A DNA stretch of 64,000 bases from Eledone cirrhosa (taxonomy: Eukaryota), in NCBI GenBank assembly GCA_964016885.1, contig OZ024766.1, forward strand, positions 2,542,001 to 2,606,000, written 5' to 3'. Below are positions 55,724 to 64,000 of this stretch, piece after piece; position 1 is the first letter of the stretch, and every line of letters starts with the position of its first letter. The notes beneath the pieces are model-generated. The model worked only from the letters and a program-made list of their open reading frames with translations. It was not told where the DNA came from and did no database searches. A program made the position numbers and the translations under genes.

Positions 55724-56053
55724 GTATGTATGTATATGTATGTATGTATATGTATGTATATATATATGTATGTATGTATATATATATGTATGTATGTATA
55801 TATATATGTATGTATGTATATATATATATATGTATGTATATATGTATATATATGTATATATGACCTGTTTGGCGGCCATAAAAGCCAGCATAAACAACTT
55901 CCGTTGCCGGAAACTAGCATGTTTACATGTATGAGACCTAAGACGAAGGATCGGCATAGTCCGGCTATTGGTTAAACCGGCGCCGGGTAAATACCGACAT
56001 CTTCCTTCATCTTTTTACCGACTGTTGCGACCCTCAATTGTTTAATGTCAGCT

Positions 56054-57872
56054 GTGAAGGTGCGTGGCTGTGTGGTTAGGGAACTCGCCTGACCATCGTA
56101 ACGGTCTGAGTTCGATTCCTGGCAGCCCATTGTGTCCTTGAGCAAGACACTTTATTTCATGTTGCTCCAGTCCACTGTGTCCTCGAGCAAGACACTTTAT
56201 TTCATGTTGCTCCAGTCCACTGTGTCCTTGAGCAAGACACTTTATTTCACGTTGCTCCAGTCCACTGTGTCCTTGAACAAGACACTTTATTTCACATTGC
56301 TCCAGTCCACTGTGTCCTTGAGCAAGACACTTTATTTCACGTTGCTCCAGTCCACTGTGTCCTTGAACAAGACACTTTATTTCACGTTGCTCCAGTCCAC
56401 TGTGTCCTTGAGCAAGACACTTTATTTCACGTTGCTCCAGTCCACTGTGTCCTTGAACAAGACACTTTATTTCACGTTGCTCCAGTCCACTGTGTCCTTG
56501 AACAAGACACTTTATTTCACGTTGCTCCAGTCCACTGTGTCCTTGAACAAGACACTTTATTTCATGTTGCTCCAGTCCACTGTGTCCTTGAACAAGACAC
56601 TTTATTTCACATTGCTCCAGTCCACTGTGTCCTTGAGCAAGTTACTTTATTTCATGTTGCTCCAGTATACTGTGTCCTTGAGCAAGACACTTTATTTCAT
56701 GTTGCTCCAGTCCACTGTGTCCTTGAGCAAGACACTTTATTTCACGTTGCTCCAGTCCACTGTGTCCTTGAACAAGACACTTTATTTCATGTTGCTCCAG
56801 TCCACTGTGTCCTTGAACAAGACACTTTATTTCATGTTGCTCCAGTCCACTGTGTCCTTGAACAAGACACTTTATTTCACGTTGCTCCAGTCCACTGTGT
56901 CCTTGAACAAGACACTTTATTTCATGTTGCTCCAGTCCACTGTGTCCTTGAGCAAGACACTATTTCACGTTGCTCCAGTCCACTGTGTCCTTGAGCAAGA
57001 CACTATTTCACGTTGCTCCAGTCCACTGTGTCCTTGAGCAAGACACTTTATTTCACGTTGCTCCAGTCCACTGTGTCCTTGAACAAGACACTTTATTTCA
57101 TGTTGCTCCAGTCCACTGTGTCCTTGAACAAGACACTTTATTTCACATTGCTCCAGTCCACTGTGTCCTTGAGCAAGTTACTTTATTTCATGTTGCTCCA
57201 GTATACTGTGTCCTTGAGCAAGACACTTTATTTCATGTTGCTCCAGTCCACTGTGTCCTTGAGCAAGACACTTTATTTCACGTTGCTCCAGTCCACTGTG
57301 TCCTTGAACAAGACACTTTATTTCATGTTGCTCCAGTCCACTGTGTCCTTGAACAAGACACTTTATTTCATGTTGCTCCAGTCCACTGTGTCCTTGAACA
57401 AGACACTTTATTTCACGTTGCTCCAGTCCACTGTGTCCTTGAACAAGACACTTTATTTCATGTTGCTCCAGTCCACTGTGTCCTTGAGCAAGACACTATT
57501 TCACGTTGCTCCAGTCCACTGTGTCCTTGAGCAAGACACTATTTCACGTTGCTCCAGTCCACTGTGTCCTTGAGCAAGACACTTTATTTCACGTTGCTCC
57601 AGTCCACTGTGTCCTTGAACAAGACACTTTATTTCATGTTGCTCCAGTCCACTGTGTCCTTGAGCAAGACACTTTATTTCATGTTGCTCCAGTCCACTGT
57701 GTCCTTGAACAAGACACTTTAATTCACATTGCTCCAGTCCACTGTGTCCTTGAACAAGACACTTTAATTCACATTGCTCCAGTCCACTGTGTCCTTGAGC
57801 AAGACACTTTATTTCATGTTGCTCCAGTCCACTGTGTCCTTGAACAAGACACTTTAATTCACATTGCTCCAG
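56054..57872 (+). repeat. SINE head followed by a 45-bp satellite (~38 units) amplified from its CORE segment
   Basis: tRNA-like head at 56054-56130, then TGTGTCCTTGAGCAAGACACTTTATTTCACGTTGCTCCAGTCCAC repeated. Confidence 0.92.
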
Positions 57873-57963
57873 ACCACATTAATTTTCTGCTGATGACCTT
57901 AATTAATTTGTGGGATATATCAATAACGTTGATGTCGTTTTTGGATGATTTGATGATCGTTAA

Positions 57964-58037
57964 CCCTTTAATGTTCAAACCGGCCCAAACCAGCCAGAAT
58001 TCTCTAACCTCGTTCTGTTGAAACTGGCTGTAACTGG
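57964..58037 (+). mobile_element. Isolated left end of the piggyBac-like element
   Basis: TTAA-CCCTTTAATGTTCAAACCGGCCC...CCAGAATTCTCT, matching 32817 and 48273. Confidence 0.7.
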
Positions 58038-58607
58038 GTGCCCTTGAAGCAGTGGGTGGTTCAGGATTGGTGGAGTACATGAGTCAGTCCTGGGTGGTTC
58101 TCACCCCTATTTGGAAATGTTATTGTAATTTTATTTGTTTTTACTCGATTTTATTGTAAACCCCGCTGACCCTGTCATTTCGTATTGTCCCCTATATGTC
58201 GGCCCTAGTGGTCAATAAAGAAATTGTTGTTGTTGTTATTCAGCATTTTGTTGAAAGATGAGTGAGAGGGTCAAGAACGGCCCGAGCGAATGGGCCTACC
58301 CTGAGTATGTGTCTGTAAATTAAAGGTGGAAAACTGGGAGAGGGCACTTGGCCTGGTGGTCAGGGTCACTGTGGCCTTTTAATGGGCTTTCTCCACGAAT
58401 GTCCTTCGGAGGTCTCCCCCCTATTGTGGAATTTTTCATTGTTATTTTTTTGTTACATCCTCTGTTTTTTGTTTTTTACATGCAGAAATGCCCATTTGTA
58501 CCGTCCTGTACTGTCCCGTACTGTCCTTAATGTCTACTTTGTGTAAACCCTTGTGGTTAATAAAGAAAGCATTGTTATTATTATTATTATTATTATCATT
58601 ATTATAG

Positions 58608-58655
58608 GTCGCCATGAAAGTGGTGAAGAAAATATTCGACTGGATTTTTCAAGAG
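58608..58655 (+). CDS. RICTOR: RICTOR exon 2 (GRHESGEENIRLDFSR)
   Basis: Matches RICTOR GRNDSGEENVPLDLTR. TAG/GTCAGT boundaries. Confidence 0.9.
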
Positions 58656-59156
58656 GTCAGTATCTCCTCCACCACCACCACCACCCTATCTCCACCACCA
58701 CCACCACCACCACCACCACCCTATCTCTCTCTCCACCACCACCCTATCTCTCCCTCCCTCCACCACCACCACCACCACCACCCTATCTCTCTCTCCACCA
58801 CCACCCTATCTCTCTCTCCACCACCACCCTATCTCTCCCTCCACCACCACCCTATCTCTCTCTCCACCACCACCCTATCTCTCCCTCCCTCCACCACCAC
58901 CACCACCCTATCTCTCTCTCCACCACCACCCTATCTCTCCCTCCACCACCACCCCATCTCTCTCTCCACCACCACCACCCTATCTCTCTCTCCACCACCA
59001 CCACCACCATATCTCTCTCACCACCCCCACCACCACCACCCTATCTCTCTCTCCACCACCACCCTATCACTCTTTTTCTCTCCCCCACCCCACACTCCCA
59101 CCCCCACTACCACCCCCACTCTCACACTCACACTCTCTCTCTCTCTCTCCCCCCAG

Positions 59157-59316
59157 CACCATCAGACAACGTCAAGGAGATCCTCAGCAATGTGGTTTGT
59201 CAGTCAGGAATATCAAAGAACAGGAAACTTGCTTACCTCAACCTCTTCGTCAAGTTACTCAACCGACTCAGCCCCTCCAACAGCCTCGGTTATACTATCG
59301 AGGAGATTCTCTGCTG
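59157..59316 (+). CDS. RICTOR: RICTOR exon 3 (PSDNVKEILSNV...EEILC)
   Basis: Matches PSDNLREILQNV...RKLGHLNNF.KLL. CAG/GTAAGT boundaries. Confidence 0.93.
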
Positions 59317-59319
59317 GTA

Positions 59320-59850
59320 AGTTTACCCACGGGACACTTTACTCAAGGGACAGTTTGCCCACAGGATTCTTACCCACGGGACACTTTACTCAAGGGACAG
59401 TTTGCCCACAGGATTCTTACCCACGGGACAGTTTACTCAGGGGTTACTTTACCCACGGGATACTTTACGCATGGGACACTTTACCCACGGATACTTTACC
59501 CATGGGACGGATACTTTACCCACGAGACAGTTTACCACGGGAAACTTGTTCTTATATCTTTACCCATAGTGCATTTTATCCACAGGCGACAGTTTACCCA
59601 CTGAGGATAGTTTACCCATGGAACAGTTTACCCACGGGACAGTTTACCCACTAGACAGTTTACCCACGGGACAGTTTACCCACGGGACAGTTTACCCATG
59701 GGACAGTTTACCCATGGGACAGTTTGCCCCTTGGACAGTTTGCCCACAGGACAGTTTACCCATGGGACAGTTTACCCACAGGACAGTTTGCCCCTAGGAA
59801 AGTTTGCCCCTAGGACAGTTTGCCCACAGGACAGTTTACCCATGAGACAG
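59320..59850. repeat. ~17-bp degenerate minisatellite (GGGACAGTTTACCCAC)
   Basis: Direct inspection. Confidence 0.85.
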
Positions 59851-59932
59851 TTCCTATTCTTAGATCTTTAACCCTTTTTCTTTATCATCTTCTCATCCTC
59901 TCTCTCTCACTGCCACCCTCTCTCTACAACAG

Positions 59933-60064
59933 CCTCAAAGTCGGACTATTCCATGAAGCAAAAGAGGTGCGTGCGGCCACCTTGAGGGTGATACGCTACT
60001 TACTCACTGACCAGAAGGTTCTAGACTTGATTGTAAGCTTACACATCGACTACCTCATAGCAAG
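59933..60064 (+). CDS. RICTOR: RICTOR exon 4 (LKVGLFHEAKEVRAATLRVIRYL...DYLIAR)
   Basis: Matches EAKEVRAAGLRALRYL...DYLIAR. CAG/GTAAGT boundaries. Confidence 0.95.
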
Positions 60065-60709
60065 GTAAGTGGCCGCGCACACTACTCTCTGTCTGTTCCT
60101 CTTTCTGTGACTGTGTGTCTGCCTGTCTATGTGTTGGCTGTTTGTCTGTCTCAATTTATTTGTTAATTTATCCTTTTCTCTCTACATATATACATATATA
60201 TCATCATCATCATCATCATTTCATTTTACGTCTGCTTTTCCCTGCTTGCAAGGGTGGGACAGGAACTGATTCTGGCTTGATTTCTACAGCTGGATGCCCT
60301 TCCTAACACCAACCTCATTTACAGTGAGTGCTGGGTGCTTTTTTTGCCATGGCACCTCCACGACCACTTTACAGTGGAATGATATGGACCCCAGTCCCTA
60401 TCATCTCATTTTTACAGCTGAGTAAACTGGAGCTATGTGAAATAAAGTGTCTTGCTCAAGGAAACAACACATATATATATATATATGGAGGTACATGGCT
60501 TAGTGGTTAGAGCATTGGCCTTGCAATCGAAAGGTTGTGAGTTCAATTCTCAGACCGGGTGATGTGTTGCAAGGCCAATGCTCTAACCACTAAGCCATGT
60601 GCCTCCAAATATCTGACGTTTCTTCTCTTTTCCCTTCACTATCCAAGAAAAACTTGAACCGTTAAGGTATCTTTTCTTGGCTATGTTAAAATTTATAAAA
60701 CAAACTTTG

Positions 60710-60770
60710 TATTTTATCTGATGAGAGCGTACCAAAGTTTTGGTACTCTTGAAATATATATAATAGAATA
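60710..60770 (+). ncRNA. Minimal type I hammerhead ribozyme (family B), sense to the RICTOR pre-mRNA
   Basis: TATTTTAT-CTGATGA-GAGcGTACCaaagttttGGTACtCTT-GAAA-TATATA-TA-ATAGAATA. Confidence 0.78.
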
Positions 60771-61137
60771 AATATGGTTTTATAAATATAGTTTCCATTT
60801 ATTTAATATCATTGGCTTAGTGGTTAGAGATTTGGGCTTGCAATCGAAAGGTTGTGTGTTCAATTCTCAGACCGGGTGATGTGTTTTTTCCTTGAGCAAG
60901 ACACTTTATTTCACATAGCTCCAGTTTACTCAGCTGTAGAAATGAGATGATAGGGACTGGGGTCGCTATCATTCCACTGCAAAGTGGTTGTGGAGGTGCC
61001 ACGGCCAAAAAAGCACCCAGCACTCACTGTAAATGAGGTTGGTGTTAGGAAGGGCATCCAGCTGTAGAGATCAAGCCAGAATCAGTTCCCGTCCCACCCT
61101 TGCAAGCAGGGAAAAGCGGACGTAAAATGAAATGGAA

Positions 61138-61169
<32 letters not shown>

Positions 61170-61822
61170 CGTTATTCCGGGTTGAATCGGAGGTAACCAC
61201 AGTAAGTAAGGTACTCAATACATAGCAGAGTATAAAGGTTTTAATATAGATGAGATTCTACAGGACTAGAACTGTTTCATTCTTTAGAAATCATCAGGAA
61301 TCTGATGTAACCACAGTAAGTAAGGTACTCAATCGGAGGTAACCACAGTAAGTAAGGTACTCAATACATAGCAGAGTATAAAGGTTTTAATATAGATGAG
61401 ATTCTACAGGACTAGAACTGTTTCATTCTTTAGAAATCATCAGGAATCTGATGTAACCACAGTAAGTAAGGTACTCAATCGGAGGTAACCACAGTAAGTA
61501 AGGTACTCAATACATAGCAGAGTATAAAGGTTTTAATATAGATGAGATTCTACAGGACTAGAACTGTTTCATTCTTTAGAAATCATCAGGAATCTGATGT
61601 AACCACAGTAAGTAAGGTACTCAATCGGAGGTAACCACAGTAAGTAAGGTACTCAATCGGAGGTAACCACAGTAAGTAAGGTACTCAATACATAGAGTAT
61701 AAAGGTTTTAATATAGATGAGATTCTACAAGACTAGAACTGTTTCATTCTTTAGAAATCATCAGGAACCTGATGATTTCTAAAGAATGAAACAGTTCTAG
61801 TCCTGTAGAATCTCATCTATAT
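61170..61822 (-). ncRNA. Tandem array of four family A hammerheads (61253-61303, 61399-61449, 61545-61595, 61720-61770) plus one inverted copy (61763-61813, +)
   Basis: TCATCAG cores at 61291, 61437, 61583 and 61758 (spacing 146, 146, 175). Stems as in 42806. Confidence 0.75.
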
Positions 61823-61866
61823 ATATATATATACACTCTACTCACTACCGCCATCTCTCACTCTAG

Positions 61867-62057
61867 ATGTCTGGACATCTGCCTAAGCAATGAGGTAGAG
61901 CGTATCCATGCTATGAAGCTGATTCGTAAGATAATCCAGTTGTATCCACACCAGGTGCCACTGTCGATGCTCTACCCCATGGTGGCAATTGGCAGGGATG
62001 GCTCCTCCGAGAGGGATCGACTGAGGCGCGCATGCCTCGCCACCATCTGTGAACTTG
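61867..62057 (+). CDS. RICTOR: RICTOR exon 5 (CLDICLSNEVERIHAMKLIRK...ERDRLRRACLATICEL); gene continues beyond the window
   Basis: Matches CIDIQQSNEVERTQALRLVRK...ERDRMVRACIAIICEL. TAG/GTACGT boundaries. Confidence 0.95.
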
Positions 62058-62524
62058 GTACGTATACACGTGTTTGCTTATATTGGTGTCTGTGTTTGTT
62101 TCTATGCATGAAATTGCCTTTCTCCAAAGTGGCTGATGAGGAAATTATATGCTTCTGTTTGTTTGTTCCACATATTCCAGTTTTTTTTATTTTCCTTGTG
62201 TTACTTTGCCATATAAGAGGGTCAGTTGAAAAGTTTATAGACTGACCAAGATACTCTCATGGAATGACCAAATGAGGGTTATTTTTCAACATAGTCCCAA
62301 GAAGGAAACAATGCAGTTATTAATAAGAAGTGTTGAAATTAATGCATGCAAGATTACTCAGCTCTAGCATCACTGCTTTGAAGTCACCCTATGAACTTTT
62401 CAGCTTACCCTCGTGCGTGTGTGTGTATATATATATGTGTGTGTGTATGTATATATATGTGTGTATGTATATATATGTGTGTATGTATATATATGTGTGT
62501 GTGTATATATGTAAATGTATGTAC

Positions 62525-62560
<36 letters not shown>

Positions 62561-64000
62561 ATATATGTAAATGTATGTACATATATATATATATGTGTGT
62601 GTGTGTGTATATATATGTAAATGTATGTACATATATATATATATATGTGTGTGTGTATATATATGTAAATGTATGTACATATATATATATATGTGTGTGT
62701 GTATATATATGTAAATGTATGTACATATATATATGTGTATGTGTATATATATGTAAATGTATGTACATATATATATGTGTGTGTGTATATATATGTAAAT
62801 GTATGTACATATATATATATATGTGTGTGTGTATATATATGTAAATGTATGTACACACACATATATATATATATGTGTGTGTATATGTATATATATATAT
62901 ACTCTTTTACCTGTTTCAGCCATCCGGCTGAGGCCATGCTGGGGCACCGCGTGTGTGTATATATATATACACATATATATCCACATATATATATATATGT
63001 AAATGTGTGTACGTATATATATATATATATATCTACACACGTGTATATATACACATATATATGTATATATTATGTATGTGTTCTGGAAGATTCTTGATGT
63101 GAAATCATAGGGATTGTCATGTTTCTAGAATTACCAATAAAAAGAAACACAGGCACCATATCATATTCACTCTTCCACTTTATCTATATCATCAGTTTTT
63201 CGTCAGTTCATCAAAGTTCTTTTGTCACACATCTGTGACCTCCTCAGTGACTCTCTGTTCTCCTTTGTGTCTCCACAACTTTATGCTCCAGAAAGAAGTG
63301 GAGGCAATAGCCAGTGATAAAGATAAAGTGAAAATTGAAAATTACATGGCGCCTGCTATCGTCACCATCATCATCGTTTAACATGCACTTCCCATGCTAG
63401 CATGGGTTAGACAGGTTGTCCCATTTGAGACACCTGCATGACCTACACATTACAGTGTGTGATGGGTGCTTTTTGCCAAGTCTTCTACTTGACCACCATA
63501 CGACGTGCACTGGATGCTTTTTGTTGTGAAACCTACAATTTTTTTGCATCTGTTTTTCAACAGTTGTGTAGGTGGGTTGGGTCCTTTTCAGCATCTCTAC
63601 GCTGCATTCCTTCATCATCTCCTCTCTGTGAGTCTCATCAATTTGAGATCAGCTCTCGTCACCTCTGCCCACGTCTTCCTTGGTCTACCATAAATATAAA
63701 CACTTTAAAACAGTATGTTTGGAACATAACTTAACAAAGGTTCTTACATAAAATTATAATGGAAGGTTTTTAGATAAATATAAACACTTTAAAACAGTTT
63801 TGAATCATAAAACCAGGGCTGTTTGGAACATAACTTAACAAAGGTTCTTACATAAAATTATAATGGAGGGCTATTATATAAGCGAATTTTAAAATAGTTT
63901 TGTATCTTAGAACAAAGTTTGCTTCCGTGTGGTACCTTTAGCAGTATGTTACTATGGTTACAAACATTTGGAGGGTGGGAGGCCACATCTCTGGTAAGAG

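Noticed and set aside
63200-63252. Possible minus-strand hammerhead (CTGAGGA-GTCACA/TGTGAC); similar weak cases at ~18945-18985 and 42318-42352 (GAAACACGTGTC)
   Set aside because: The GAAA or CUGANGA core or stem I is missing. At best these are decayed relics.

Overview
AT-rich, microsatellite-dense eukaryotic genomic DNA. It is probably a coleoid cephalopod (Octopus-like); this is inferred from the C2H2 cluster style and the CORE-type tRNA SINEs and was not verified. Bases 1-24 kb hold six head-to-tail copies of an effector-less C2H2 zinc-finger gene. Three copies are intact and three are disrupted. Their finger arrays are reshuffled from a shared set of recognition helices. Bases 32.6-50.3 kb (minus strand) contain a complete 9-exon HMGXB4 orthologue of about 1005 aa. 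It lies head-to-head with RICTOR (plus strand; the first 5 coding exons span 51.9-62.1 kb). Introns and intergenic DNA are packed with SINEs, LINE relics (Dong/R4-like and RTE-like) and satellites. Two non-obvious systems stand out. (1) About 14 minimal type I hammerhead-ribozyme motifs in three families sit in short, mostly (TA)n-adjacent elements, including a 146-nt tandem array in a RICTOR intron, which resembles Penelope-like elements or retrozymes. (2) A non-autonomous TTAA/CCCT piggyBac-like element carries and disperses an expandable 72-bp satellite, and a matching empty site is visible in the window.
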